Shown: positions 32,666-42,850 of the stretch, piece by piece
Numbering within the stretch: position 1 is the first letter of the stretch
Layout of the letters: each line of letters begins with the position of its first letter
Source of the DNA: a virus
Strand: one strand, 5' to 3'
Length of the DNA stretch: 64,000 bases
Virus record (IMG/VR): IMGVR_UViG_3300020183_000011
Position numbers and translations under genes: made by a program
The notes under the pieces: generated by a model
Told to the model about the DNA's origin: nothing
The model's database searches: none
What the model saw: only the letters and a program-made list of their open reading frames with translations

Positions 32666-34941
32666 AGTTATACACTGGATGCGTAGAGAACAGGAACGAC
32701 CCGCTCAAGCTTGGTAGATGTCAAGTTAGAGTCGTTGGTCTACATAACCATGATAAGAACCAGCTAAAGACTGAAGACTTACCATGGGCATATCCTATGC
32801 AGCCAATAACTTCTGCTGGTATATCAGGCATAGGTCACTCTCCATTAGGTCCAGTTGAAGGAACCTGGGTCCTCATCATGTTTAGAGATGATGACGAACA
32901 ACAACCAATCATATTAGGTTCTATCGGCGGTATCCCACAAGCACAAGGTGCAATAGATCAAGATAATGATCAGATGATATTAAAAGAAGATGGTATGATC
33001 GCGCCGGCCGATCAACAATCAATCACAGATTCAAATGGAAACATAATAAGTAATGATTCTCCTGAAGATAAAATAGAAGAATTAACTGGGTTAAATCCAG
33101 CATCATCATATACATTATCTCAAGCTGGTATCGATGAGATCAAGAGAAACGATCCAGCATTATCAGATACAGAGATACAAGACTATGTAGCAACAAATAT
33201 AGCACCAGCAATCCAATCCACGGTCAAAGCTCCTATCAGTCAATCAATGTTTGATGGATTATGTGCTCTTGCATATAATACTACACCAGAAACTGTAACT
33301 AATTCATCAATGATGGTTGATCTTAATTCTGCAAAATACTTAGATGCAGCCACTGCATTCAATGGTCTAAATCCAGATACTACACAGAAAGACTTATTCT
33401 TAAAAGATGGTATACCAAATGTTGCTGGTGAACTATCACCAGTAGCTTCCGCTACTCCACCAGTCGACTCATCAACTACTAGTTCGGGATTAACTAACGA
33501 CGGTATAGCTATGGTCCTCGGATTTAAAGATCCAAAAGGTAAGTACCCGCTATACTTAAACGAACCAGATACCAATAAGCTTGCAAGACATGAAGACATC
33601 AAGAAGACCATAGTTCGTAAGAAGGAACTAGCGAGGGAGAAAGGTGTCATCTCTGCATTTAACGTGACATGGGACCAATCTCCCGTACCATACAACTCAT
33701 TGTACCCGTATAATCATGTGTTCATGTCCGAGTCTGGCCATGTCATGGAGTTTGACGATACACCAAACTCAGAGCGCGTACACATCTATCATAAGTCTGG
33801 TACATACACAGAGATCGACTCTAACGGTACAGAAGTCAAGCGTATAGTAGGTGACAAGTACGAGGTGCTTGAACGAAACGGTCACCTATATGTTAAAGGC
33901 ACTGCTGACGTCACCATAGATGGTAACCATAATGTCAAGATCAACAATGCATTAAATGTTGAGGTCATTGGTGACGTTAAGATGCACGTTACTGGTAAAA
34001 TGGACGTTGATGTTGCAGGAGTCTATAACTTAAAAGCAAAAGGCATTAATATCGAGACTAGCACTGATCCTATTAACATATTATCAGGCAATAGTGTAAA
34101 CGTACAATCTGCTGCAGCGCAAAACTTTAAAGCCGCAGCAACATTTAACGTTGATGCCGTACGAGTAGACATGAACAGTGGTACAGCTGGTGATGCAACT
34201 GGTACAGGGTTAGATACACTAGAGATAGCAACTCCTGAACTACCAACGTTTTCTGAACTAGTAGTGTTAACTCGTGGAGTAGAAGCTGCAGCACACTATG
34301 AAACACCTGAGGAAGGTGATCCATCAGAGTACATAGACAAACAAATCTCAGATGGTACATTAGACCCTGCCGACAAAGACTTTGGTACTTCTCAAGGCTC
34401 TGCTTCCGCAGCAGAAAACAACGTTGCTCCTTTACCACAGAGCTGTAACATCATCAGTTCTATGGAGAAGTTTACTCCAGACCTAATACTATCTCCACAC
34501 TTTAGCCTTGGCGGGTTAACAAAGGGTGGATCAAGGATGCCTGTGAACCAACAAGGATTAACTGCACAAGAGATCGTATGTAACCTTAAGGGTCTTGCTG
34601 AAAACTGCCTTGAGCCTATCATCAACTTATACCCAGGTATGGTGATAACTTCAGGATACAGGAGACCTGGTGATGTACCTAAGTCGTCTGCTACATCACA
34701 ACACTATTTAGGTCAAGCAGCAGACATCATCATCCCAGGGTTTAACAGAGAAAGACACTATGAAGCTATACAAGCCATCCAAAAGATCATCCCGTATGAC
34801 CAATTGATATTAGAGTATTCTGGTAAGACTACTGTATGGATCCATGTGTCGTTTAAGTATACGGCAAATAGGTTGATGGCGTTTACCATGAGGGATCATG
34901 CAAAAGTTGGTGGCACAGGACAATTTACACTCATAGCATAA
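32662..34941 (+). CDS. 5: gp5 central spike: OB-fold, lysozyme relic, beta-helix, C-terminal peptidase M15 domain
   Basis: GCVENRNDPLKLGRCQVRVVGLH, LPWA, YPYNHV..SESGH..EFDDTP; C-terminal ITSGYR, SQH..GQAADI, WIHVS. Confidence 0.9.
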   Translation: MKLYTGCVENRNDPLKLGRCQVRVVGLHNHDKNQLKTEDLPWAYPMQPITSAGISGIGHSPLGPVEGTWVLIMFRDDDEQQPIILGSIGGIPQAQGAIDQDNDQMILKEDGMIAPADQQSITDSNGNIISNDSPEDKIEELTGLNPASSYTLSQAGIDEIKRNDPALSDTEIQDYVATNIAPAIQSTVKAPISQSMFDGLCALAYNTTPETVTNSSMMVDLNSAKYLDAATAFNGLNPDTTQKDLFLKDGIPNVAGELSPVASATPPVDSSTTSSGLTNDGIAMVLGFKDPKGKYPLYLNEPDTNKLARHEDIKKTIVRKKELAREKGVISAFNVTWDQSPVPYNSLYPYNHVFMSESGHVMEFDDTPNSERVHIYHKSGTYTEIDSNGTEVKRIVGDKYEVLERNGHLYVKGTADVTIDGNHNVKINNALNVEVIGDVKMHVTGKMDVDVAGVYNLKAKGINIETSTDPINILSGNSVNVQSAAAQNFKAAATFNVDAVRVDMNSGTAGDATGTGLDTLEIATPELPTFSELVVLTRGVEAAAHYETPEEGDPSEYIDKQISDGTLDPADKDFGTSQGSASAAENNVAPLPQSCNIISSMEKFTPDLILSPHFSLGGLTKGGSRMPVNQQGLTAQEIVCNLKGLAENCLEPIINLYPGMVITSGYRRPGDVPKSSATSQHYLGQAADIIIPGFNRERHYEAIQAIQKIIPYDQLILEYSGKTTVWIHVSFKYTANRLMAFTMRDHAKVGGTGQFTLIA

Positions 34942-35459
34942 TGCCATTCTCACCGTCAACATCGTCATTAAATACACTAAATGAGTTTAAGAACTTAAGT
35001 CATACTATAACGTATGTGTCGAGCGGAGGAATTAGTTATCCTGTAACTATAACTGCAAGTGAAAGCAATCCAACTATAGTAATTTCTGGAAACACTATAT
35101 CTGGATATTATTCAGATGTTTTTGTTGGAGAGATAGGATATAGAACAGTTGACGATCAATTTATTACTGTAGACAATTGGCAAGATGTTGAAGATGCAGT
35201 AAATGATGGTTCATTGTCAGAAATATATTACTATTATGCAGATCAAGCAATCAATTATGTTTATACATATACCGCATCTGCTAATAACGAAACTCAAATA
35301 TATACTATTACAGTTACTAATGATTGGACGTATGGAAGAGATCAATTATTACGATATATTAATCCATCACAAATTTCTGGCATCATATGGATAAATAATA
35401 ACGGACAGACAATTACATGGAAAAATTCTGCTGGCAACAATATTACTTGGGCTAATTAA
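34941..35459 (+). CDS. Hypothetical virion protein (gp5.1-like position)
   Basis: Beta-rich, TAATG-coupled to gp5. Confidence 0.55.
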   Translation: MPFSPSTSSLNTLNEFKNLSHTITYVSSGGISYPVTITASESNPTIVISGNTISGYYSDVFVGEIGYRTVDDQFITVDNWQDVEDAVNDGSLSEIYYYYADQAINYVYTYTASANNETQIYTITVTNDWTYGRDQLLRYINPSQISGIIWINNNGQTITWKNSAGNNITWAN

Positions 35460-35800
35460 TGACTATACCAAATACACTTGCTAACTTATCAGGATCGATC
35501 CAGTTATCATTACTGGATGAAAACTTTACATATTTAGATGGTGCTGTAGCTACTGCTGTAACTGGAGCTACAGGAGTTCAAGGCGCATCTGGAGTAAATG
35601 GAGCTACTGGTATTCAAGGCCCAACAGGTGGTGCATCTGGACCTCAAGGTGCATCAGGTGCATCAGGTGCAAGCGGTGCCACAGGTTCTACCGGACCAAT
35701 TGGTGCGACAGGTCTTGGTGCTACAGGTTTAACTGGTGCAACTGGAGTTGCTGGTATGCAATTTACTGTATCAGGCAGCAGTTTGTACATTACTACATAA
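35459..35800 (+). CDS. Short collagen-like protein
   Basis: LDENF N-terminal motif followed by Gly-X-Y repeats (GAT/GAS/GPQ). Confidence 0.75.
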   Translation: MTIPNTLANLSGSIQLSLLDENFTYLDGAVATAVTGATGVQGASGVNGATGIQGPTGGASGPQGASGASGASGATGSTGPIGATGLGATGLTGATGVAGMQFTVSGSSLYITT

Positions 35801-35808
35801 AGCAATAT

Positions 35809-36300
35809 ATGCCTACTCAGCAAATAGATTTTAGTACAATCCAAAATATATATCTAAATGGTAATGAAATTTTTGAATTACAATTAGATAATCAAGTATT
35901 ATGGAAAAAGTATCTATTTAATGGTACGACAACTTTTACCACTTCATATAATACATCAGTATCAAGTACGACTAGTGCTATAACAAATTATGCTACAAAT
36001 TATACAACATCAGTTACAACTTCTAATCTGACAGCTTATTCACAAACTACGTCTAATACTACATCGATCGCTACTATTGTTGGGCAGGACAAAAAACTCG
36101 GACCAATATATGCAAATACTGCTTATTTGACGTATTTTATTACTTCATACAATGAAACTACTTCATATACTACTTCATGGTCTACAAGTAACACAACTAG
36201 TAACACGACTTCATATTTGACAAATTATCTAGCTTCTACTTCTAACCCAACAAGTTTAAATTATAGTACGTATTTGATAACATATATTGGTAAAGTTTAA
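35809..36300 (+). CDS. Thr/Ser-rich tetrapeptide-repeat protein
   Basis: IQNIYLNGNEI...VLW N-terminus followed by TTSY/TTSW/STSN/TTSN/LTNY repeats. Confidence 0.65.
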   Translation: MPTQQIDFSTIQNIYLNGNEIFELQLDNQVLWKKYLFNGTTTFTTSYNTSVSSTTSAITNYATNYTTSVTTSNLTAYSQTTSNTTSIATIVGQDKKLGPIYANTAYLTYFITSYNETTSYTTSWSTSNTTSNTTSYLTNYLASTSNPTSLNYSTYLITYIGKV

Positions 36301-37184
36301 TGGATACAATTAACAGTAGATGGGAAGATGAATCACGGATAGGTAATAATGTACCGCTTTATGATAAAGAAATCTTTTTAGAGATTGAAAAATATATTAT
36401 AAAAACATGTGCTAAGTACGACTTAACCTGTAAGTATAATGTTGGCCCATTAATAGGAGGGGTTCCTCCTATCGAAGATAATACAATCATAGTTAATCCG
36501 TTAGTTAATGCTATAGCATATCATGATGTTATGGGTGGTATCCTGATAAGTACTAGAAACGCTGAACTAAACTGCAGAAATGTTGACACAATATTAGCTA
36601 ATCATATGACAGATGATATATCTGAAATTGTTATTTCTAAATTAAAAGACAAGTATGTATTAAATAGTAGTGATAAACTATATGATAAAGTTGCATTTAT
36701 GCCGGGATCTAACTTATTTCATACAGTTAATTGGGAAAAACTAAATGAAGCTATGATTGATAATCCATCTGCTATGATTAAACTACACCCAGTTATAACT
36801 GAAAAGTCTGCTAAGTCAATTAAGAATAAGTGGCCTGAAAGAGTTATAGATGAAAAAACTAGTGGACTACAGCTACTTAATGCTTCATCTTTAATTTGGA
36901 CTTCTTATAATAGTGAATTTGGTTTAATAGCTAGTTTAAAGAAAATACCATTTTCAAATTTAAGTAAATGGAATGATATATTTTCAATGGTATATGCACC
37001 AATATATAGAAATTTAAAATATAAAGATTTAGAGCATAATAAAGATGTAGTTTCAAAAGTAATTTCAAGTAAGAGAAGTGGATACATATTTCCTTGGCAA
37101 GATGATTGGAAACAGCGAGTTGAAATATATTTTGAATCTATACATAAGTTTAATACTGGAATGGAATATCCATATGCCGAGTAA
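36300..37184 (+). CDS. Hypothetical protein, possible GT-B / capsule-polysaccharide (KpsS-like) transferase
   Basis: IKLHP...SGLQLLNASSLIWTSYNSEFGLIA.LKKIP resembles the KxHP...L..s..v.T.nSt.G.eA...gkP motif. Confidence 0.4.
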   Translation: MDTINSRWEDESRIGNNVPLYDKEIFLEIEKYIIKTCAKYDLTCKYNVGPLIGGVPPIEDNTIIVNPLVNAIAYHDVMGGILISTRNAELNCRNVDTILANHMTDDISEIVISKLKDKYVLNSSDKLYDKVAFMPGSNLFHTVNWEKLNEAMIDNPSAMIKLHPVITEKSAKSIKNKWPERVIDEKTSGLQLLNASSLIWTSYNSEFGLIASLKKIPFSNLSKWNDIFSMVYAPIYRNLKYKDLEHNKDVVSKVISSKRSGYIFPWQDDWKQRVEIYFESIHKFNTGMEYPYAE

Positions 37185-37983
37185 AGTAATATCACAACAA
37201 TTAAAAATATATTCTGAAAATATAGATCATCATTTAGCCATCAATAGTATACCAAATTGTGGGCTTGTTACTTTATTAGATGATGCTGATATTATCTTAG
37301 ATTCAACAAATAAATTAGAATTTAAAAATATAGATATAAATGCATATTTTTCTAATAAAAGGACTAATATTAAAAGCATGCCGGCTTATGTAAAATATAT
37401 TGATCAACAAAGTATGTTATATCATATTAATAATAAGCAAGTATTGTATTCAAAGATCTCCGTGGTTCCATTCCATGAATTTATTAATAATACTTCATTT
37501 AAGTATTTTGTTGATATGTATAAAGATCAAACATTTGACTTAGTTAAGCTTGATAAAGATGATGAAACTGTTTTAACAACTGATACGCTAGAAAATATAT
37601 TAATCATTCATGATAATTTATTAGAAACAACATTGATAGAAGATGTAATGTTTAGTTCAAACTCAAAATATATGGTCAGAAAAATAAAAAATCCTCAAAC
37701 AAAATATGTTTATGGAGCTATTTCTTTTGATGGTACATCACTCCATATTGCTACTAATGTTAGGATGCCTAATCAAATTTTATCATTGGTTAAATTATTA
37801 TTTGCGGCTTGTGCCGGGTTTTTTCAAATAGAATACTTTGATAATGTTAATAAGTATGAAATTTATAGTTTTAAATTTTCAATGGATCTAGATATTTTAT
37901 CAGATAATATAATTAATATACCTCAAGTGCAAAAAGCTTTTGAAGAAATTTCAAATCAATATGAATTTGGAATGGATGTATGA
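37174..37983 (+). CDS. Hypothetical protein (weak ATP-grasp-like features)
   Basis: AT-rich ORF starting MPSKV; YMVRKI and GFFQIEY segments are only suggestive. Confidence 0.35.
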   Translation: MPSKVISQQLKIYSENIDHHLAINSIPNCGLVTLLDDADIILDSTNKLEFKNIDINAYFSNKRTNIKSMPAYVKYIDQQSMLYHINNKQVLYSKISVVPFHEFINNTSFKYFVDMYKDQTFDLVKLDKDDETVLTTDTLENILIIHDNLLETTLIEDVMFSSNSKYMVRKIKNPQTKYVYGAISFDGTSLHIATNVRMPNQILSLVKLLFAACAGFFQIEYFDNVNKYEIYSFKFSMDLDILSDNIINIPQVQKAFEEISNQYEFGMDV

Positions 37984-38636
37984 GTAAATTTCTATTGTCT
38001 CTTTCAGGTGGAAAAGATAGTTTAGCTGCTTATCTTAAATTAAAAGAAACTTTTGGTTCTAGTTGTATTAAAACGTTTACCATTAAATCAAACAATGATG
38101 TGGTCTGGAATACAGATCTAGATTTAATAGATGAAATGTATGAAAATAATATAATACTAGATTCTGGCGATAAAGTCTATTATGATGCATTTGGCCAAAT
38201 GCTAAATGATCATGATATTAATCCTAATGAATATTATTTTTCATCAGGAGAATTAGATTCTATAAATGAAACAGTAGACTATTATCCTATAATAAGTAAG
38301 TTTGGGTTTAAAGGATTTGTTACTCCATTCTATGGTAAACCTAAACAACTTGTATTTGATATCTTGCAAAAATATAACTGCGAGTTTATTATAACTCAAG
38401 CCTTTGTAACACCTACAGCTAATATTGATGAAGTTTATTCTAATATTGGTCGTATAGTAACAGCCGAGCAGCTTAAAAACATGTATCTGGATAAGAATTT
38501 TAATTATTTTTTTGCATATCAGACTTTTGCTATTAAATGTGATTCAATAATAACATTAAGCCAAAACAAAATAACAGGTTTATATGAATCTATTAATATG
38601 TCTAAAGATAAAAATACATCAATATTTATTATGTAA
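37980..38636 (+). CDS. PP-loop ATPase (diphthine-ammonia ligase / ANH superfamily-like)
   Basis: N-terminal LSLSGGKDSL PP-loop; YQTFA near the C-terminus resembles the Dph6 E(F/Y)xT motif. Confidence 0.65.
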   Translation: MSKFLLSLSGGKDSLAAYLKLKETFGSSCIKTFTIKSNNDVVWNTDLDLIDEMYENNIILDSGDKVYYDAFGQMLNDHDINPNEYYFSSGELDSINETVDYYPIISKFGFKGFVTPFYGKPKQLVFDILQKYNCEFIITQAFVTPTANIDEVYSNIGRIVTAEQLKNMYLDKNFNYFFAYQTFAIKCDSIITLSQNKITGLYESINMSKDKNTSIFIM

Positions 38637-38667
38637 TTAATAAATAGTTTATCTATAAGGATATAAA

Positions 38668-38775
38668 ATGCTTGAATATATTTTGTGCTATGCCTGGTCT
38701 TTTACTTTAGGTACCATTTTTGGCGCAGCCTTAACATGGTACCTATTTTATTTACAATCTAAAGATAGAATATAA
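38668..38775 (+). CDS. Small single-TM peptide (35 aa)
   Basis: AAGGA RBS; MLEYILCYAWSFTLGTIFGAALTWYLFYLQSKDRI*. Confidence 0.45.
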   Translation: MLEYILCYAWSFTLGTIFGAALTWYLFYLQSKDRI

Positions 38776-38778
38776 GAT

Positions 38779-39063
38779 ATGTCAGCAGCTACTAGATTAG
38801 GAGATATTTGCACAGGACATGGATGCTTTCCTCCCAGAGTGAATGATGAAGCATCTGACAATGTATTCATCAATGGCATAGGAGCTCATAGGTTAGGAGA
38901 CCATTGGGTAACCCATTGTTGTACTATTATATGTCATGATGGAGTAGCAGCAGAAGGTTCATCTACTGTCTTTATTAATGGTAAAGCTGCAGTAAGGATA
39001 GGCGACATGATCTCATGTGGGTCAGCTTCTGCAGAGGGTTCACCTAATGTGTTCTTTGGATAA
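38779..39063 (+). CDS. 5.4: PAAR spike-tip protein (gp5.4)
   Basis: AATRLGDICTGHGCFPP, VFING..A.R.GD, GSPNVF. Confidence 0.92.
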   Translation: MSAATRLGDICTGHGCFPPRVNDEASDNVFINGIGAHRLGDHWVTHCCTIICHDGVAAEGSSTVFINGKAAVRIGDMISCGSASAEGSPNVFFG

Positions 39064-39068
39064 AGTCA

Positions 39069-39076
39069 TATAAATA
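39069..39076 (+). promoter_or_regulatory. T4-type late promoter
   Basis: TATAAATA with the gp25 ATG 5 nt downstream. Confidence 0.72.
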
Positions 39077-39080
39077 AGAC

Positions 39081-39473
39081 ATGGCGCGAAATACCAGAAC
39101 ATTTTCTGATCTAGACCTTAACTTCACTAAACACCCGGTGACTAAGGATGTCGTACGTAAGTTCGACGAAGAGGCTATCAAGGCAGCTGTCAAGAACTTA
39201 GTCTTAACACAAAACTACGAGAGACCATTCCATTCAGAGATTGGGTCTCAGATACGAGGCCTGCTGTTTGAGCCAGCGACGCCTATGTTAAACATAATGC
39301 TCAAGAGAGCTATCGCTGATACCATCATTAACTTTGAACCAAGGGTTAAGCTTGATGAAGTATTGGTGACTTTCTCACCAGACAATAATGAAGTCTATGT
39401 ATCGATATACTTCACCATAGTCAACACAGTTCGACCATTACAGGTTGATCTTATTTTAACGAGAACAAGATAA
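39081..39473 (+). CDS. 25: Baseplate wedge subunit gp25
   Basis: FSDLDLNF..HP, AIK..VKNLVLT...ERPF....G....LLFE, FEPRV. Confidence 0.92.
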   Translation: MARNTRTFSDLDLNFTKHPVTKDVVRKFDEEAIKAAVKNLVLTQNYERPFHSEIGSQIRGLLFEPATPMLNIMLKRAIADTIINFEPRVKLDEVLVTFSPDNNEVYVSIYFTIVNTVRPLQVDLILTRTR

Positions 39474-39474
39474 T

Positions 39475-41313
39475 ATGGAAAATAAAAACATAACCACTGC
39501 TGAGTTAGACTTTGATGCGATTAAATCCAACTTAAAAACATTCTTACAAGGCCAAGCAGCTTTTGCTGACTATGACTTTGAGGGTGCCGGCCTTTCCGTA
39601 CTGATGGATATACTCGCATACAATACCCATTACAACGCTCTATATACAAACTTAGCTGTCAATGAATCTTTCTTGGATTCTGCTAGCAAACGATCAAGCG
39701 TCGTTTCAAGAGCTAAAGAAATTGGGTACGTGCCTCATTCAGCCACTGGTGCTGTAGCTACGGTCAACATAACTGTCACAGGGACGACTTCATCACCTGC
39801 TACCTTGACACTACCAGCATACAGCTCGTTCTCTACCACCGTGGATGGAGTCCAATATACATTTTATAACACCGAAGCCGTATCGACGAGTAAGGTAGGA
39901 TCATCATACACGTTTACAGGTATTAACATCAAAGAAGGTACACCATTAACGTTCAAGTATACGGTGGCTTCTGGAACTAGGTACATACTACCAAACGCTG
40001 AAGTAGACTTATCTACCTTAAGCGTACGTGTCCAAGATAACTCAACGTCGTCAGTTTTCAACTCGTTCGTCAACCAAGAGCTGATCTTAAACCTAGACGA
40101 AGAGTCAAAGGTATTCTTTATAAAAGAGATCGAAGGTGAACTCTACGAGCTAGAGTTTGGTAATGACACCATAGGTAAAGCTTTGGTGACAGGTAACGTG
40201 GTCAACATATCATACATGGTCACAAACACGATCGAAGCCAACGGAGCTAGACTATTTAACTATACAGGATCAAGCTTATTAGGAGGCACAGTAGCAGTGA
40301 CTACCACGACTCCTGCGGTAGGTGGTGCTGACATCGAGTCCATAGAGTCTATCAGGTACAACGCTCCTCGTTCATACTCATCACAAAACCGTGCAGTCAC
40401 AGTAGAAGACTATAAGGCATTGATATTTAGGTTATACCCAGAAGCAGAGACAGTCAATGCATGGGGCGGAGAAGACAACGTGCCACCAGTCTATGGTAAA
40501 GTATTCTTGTCTATCAAGCCTACTAACACGACTGTACTGACTGCGGCTCAAAAGAACTTCATCATCAACGAGATCTTAAAACAAAAGAACGTTGTATCGA
40601 TCACACCTGAGATTGTTGACCCAGAATACATCCAGCTAGATATCAACACCACCGTATACTATAACCCTAGGTTAACATCTAAGTCTGAGAGCGAGATAAA
40701 GACTTTGGTCGTTGATACTATCAAAGCTTACAACACAGAAAACCTTGAGTCCTTCACAGGCATCTTTAGGTTCTCTAACATAACAGCTGACATAGACAAC
40801 ACTGAAGACTCGATCATAAGTAACATCACGACCATAAAACTACACCGAGAAGTCGAGATCCAGTATAATACCAACGCAAACTATAGCATATATCTAGGCA
40901 ACCCGATATACAACTCAACTGTACCAGAACAATCATTGACATCTACAGGCTTCTATATCGCAGGTAACGAGAACCTCATGTACCTTGAAGACTTACCATC
41001 AAATTCTAGGTACGGTGTGTTGAAGATGTACTACTTCAACGTAGACGTCAAGACATACTTCAGGACGTTTGGTACGATAGATTACCAAACAGGTACTGTC
41101 AACATGCCAGAGCTAGAGATCACAGGCATCGACCAAGCTACAGGCACCCTCGAGTTGATCGTTAAACCCCAATCAAACGACGTAGTATCTATTCGTAACC
41201 AACTGGTCACCATACCTGACGAGCAGATCAACGTCGAAGTCATACTAGATAAGGTAGCAGTGGGTGACCCTGCTGGTGGATCTAATTACCAATTCACGTC
41301 AAGTCGTAACTAA
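39475..41313 (+). CDS. 6: Baseplate wedge subunit gp6
   Basis: ELDFDAIKSNLK, DYDFEG, LAYNTHYN, ESFLDSA, ESIESIRYNAP...QNRAVT.EDY, WGGEDN.PP.YGKVF. Confidence 0.93.
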   Translation: MENKNITTAELDFDAIKSNLKTFLQGQAAFADYDFEGAGLSVLMDILAYNTHYNALYTNLAVNESFLDSASKRSSVVSRAKEIGYVPHSATGAVATVNITVTGTTSSPATLTLPAYSSFSTTVDGVQYTFYNTEAVSTSKVGSSYTFTGINIKEGTPLTFKYTVASGTRYILPNAEVDLSTLSVRVQDNSTSSVFNSFVNQELILNLDEESKVFFIKEIEGELYELEFGNDTIGKALVTGNVVNISYMVTNTIEANGARLFNYTGSSLLGGTVAVTTTTPAVGGADIESIESIRYNAPRSYSSQNRAVTVEDYKALIFRLYPEAETVNAWGGEDNVPPVYGKVFLSIKPTNTTVLTAAQKNFIINEILKQKNVVSITPEIVDPEYIQLDINTTVYYNPRLTSKSESEIKTLVVDTIKAYNTENLESFTGIFRFSNITADIDNTEDSIISNITTIKLHREVEIQYNTNANYSIYLGNPIYNSTVPEQSLTSTGFYIAGNENLMYLEDLPSNSRYGVLKMYYFNVDVKTYFRTFGTIDYQTGTVNMPELEITGIDQATGTLELIVKPQSNDVVSIRNQLVTIPDEQINVEVILDKVAVGDPAGGSNYQFTSSRN

Positions 41314-42839
41314 TGAGCATTGATCTAAAGACGGTAGTCTCGAAACAAATCCCAGAGTTTATACGGGAAGACAACCCAACGTTCGTAGCTTTCGTTGAAG
41401 CATACTATCAGTACTTAGATCAGTATGAGAAGCGAGACTTATACGAGATCAGGGATATCGACCAGACGGTAAACTCATACATCCAGTTTTTTAAGAACGA
41501 ACTAGATATATTTGGTGAGAAGTATGACTACATAGACCAAAGGTTGTTTTTAAGGAAAGTTAAAGAGCTATTCGTAGCAAAAGGCGTTGAGGCTTCCTAT
41601 AAGTTCTTACTCAAGCTACTGTTTAATAAGACTGCCGAGATATCGTATCCATGGGACTCAGTATTAAAGGCTTCTGACGGTAAATGGCAACAAGAGATGT
41701 CAGTCTTTGTTGAGTTTACTTCTGGAGATGCTAACTTGCTACCAGGAAATAGGATCAACATAACAGCCACGAACATCATCATCAAGGTATTCGTAGATCG
41801 AGTCAAACATATAAGAGGTAACATCTATGAAGTATTCATAGATAAAAACTATTATGGTGACATACAAGTAGATTACACACTATCATACGATGGTATAGTC
41901 GGGACTATCATCCCTACAACAGTGTCATACAGCGTCACCCAGCCAGGATCAGGATACAAGATCGGAGACCTAATCACTGGTACGACTATATCTGGTGGAG
42001 AGACTATCACCCAGCTTTTAAAGGTCACAAAGGTGGATTCTAACGGCGGGGTAGTTAACATAACCACCCTTAGGTTTGGTGCTGGTTATACTGCTGGATT
42101 TTACTTATTAAAGTCAAACGAAGCCATCACTACGTCTTCTACGATATCTATTGAAAAAGAATCAACGCCACAATATACTATACCGACAGAATCTACAGTA
42201 GATCAATATGAGGACTATGGATATGTAGTAAACCCAAACTACTGCGATGTGACCTACGATGACCCATCGTACAAGGGTACACTACTACAACAGTTCTATG
42301 ATGAGTCTTTATCAGGTCAAGGTACAAACCCTGACTACCTATTGATTAGATTTGATATAGGAGCTGTAGCAAAGTATCAAGGCCATTGGACATCAAACGA
42401 CGGGTTCTTAGATGACATCATCTATATACAAGACAGTTACAGATGGCAAAAGTATTCTTACTTGATCACGATCGACGAGAACCTTGAAAATTACAAGTCA
42501 TTGATCAAGTCATACTTACACCCTGCAGGCACAGCATTGTTTGGCGAGTACAGGATACAAAACATATTTAACGTTGATGCCACCGCTGTACAAGAATTAA
42601 CACAATGGAGATCTAAAGCTACATTCCTCACTATAAATAAAGACATGGGTACTGAATACGTGTATCCTTCAGATCAAGGTGGACACATCTCTATCGAACC
42701 ATATAGCTCTGAAGATTACTTTGTACCAGAAGAATTTTATAATCCACCAGTAGTTATCCCATTCTTCGGTGATGGTAGAAACAACTTGCAATCTAGTATA
42801 ACAATAACAGATGCTTCACCCAGCATCGTAGAATCTTAA
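41313..42839 (+). CDS. Baseplate wedge protein gp7-like
   Basis: QIPEFIRED.P.FV.F..AYY, KG...SYK.L...LF, LKASDGKW, IQDSY.WQ.YSY, HPAG...FGE. Confidence 0.75.
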   Translation: MSIDLKTVVSKQIPEFIREDNPTFVAFVEAYYQYLDQYEKRDLYEIRDIDQTVNSYIQFFKNELDIFGEKYDYIDQRLFLRKVKELFVAKGVEASYKFLLKLLFNKTAEISYPWDSVLKASDGKWQQEMSVFVEFTSGDANLLPGNRINITATNIIIKVFVDRVKHIRGNIYEVFIDKNYYGDIQVDYTLSYDGIVGTIIPTTVSYSVTQPGSGYKIGDLITGTTISGGETITQLLKVTKVDSNGGVVNITTLRFGAGYTAGFYLLKSNEAITTSSTISIEKESTPQYTIPTESTVDQYEDYGYVVNPNYCDVTYDDPSYKGTLLQQFYDESLSGQGTNPDYLLIRFDIGAVAKYQGHWTSNDGFLDDIIYIQDSYRWQKYSYLITIDENLENYKSLIKSYLHPAGTALFGEYRIQNIFNVDATAVQELTQWRSKATFLTINKDMGTEYVYPSDQGGHISIEPYSSEDYFVPEEFYNPPVVIPFFGDGRNNLQSSITITDASPSIVES

Positions 42840-42850
42840 TAGGAGTAAAC

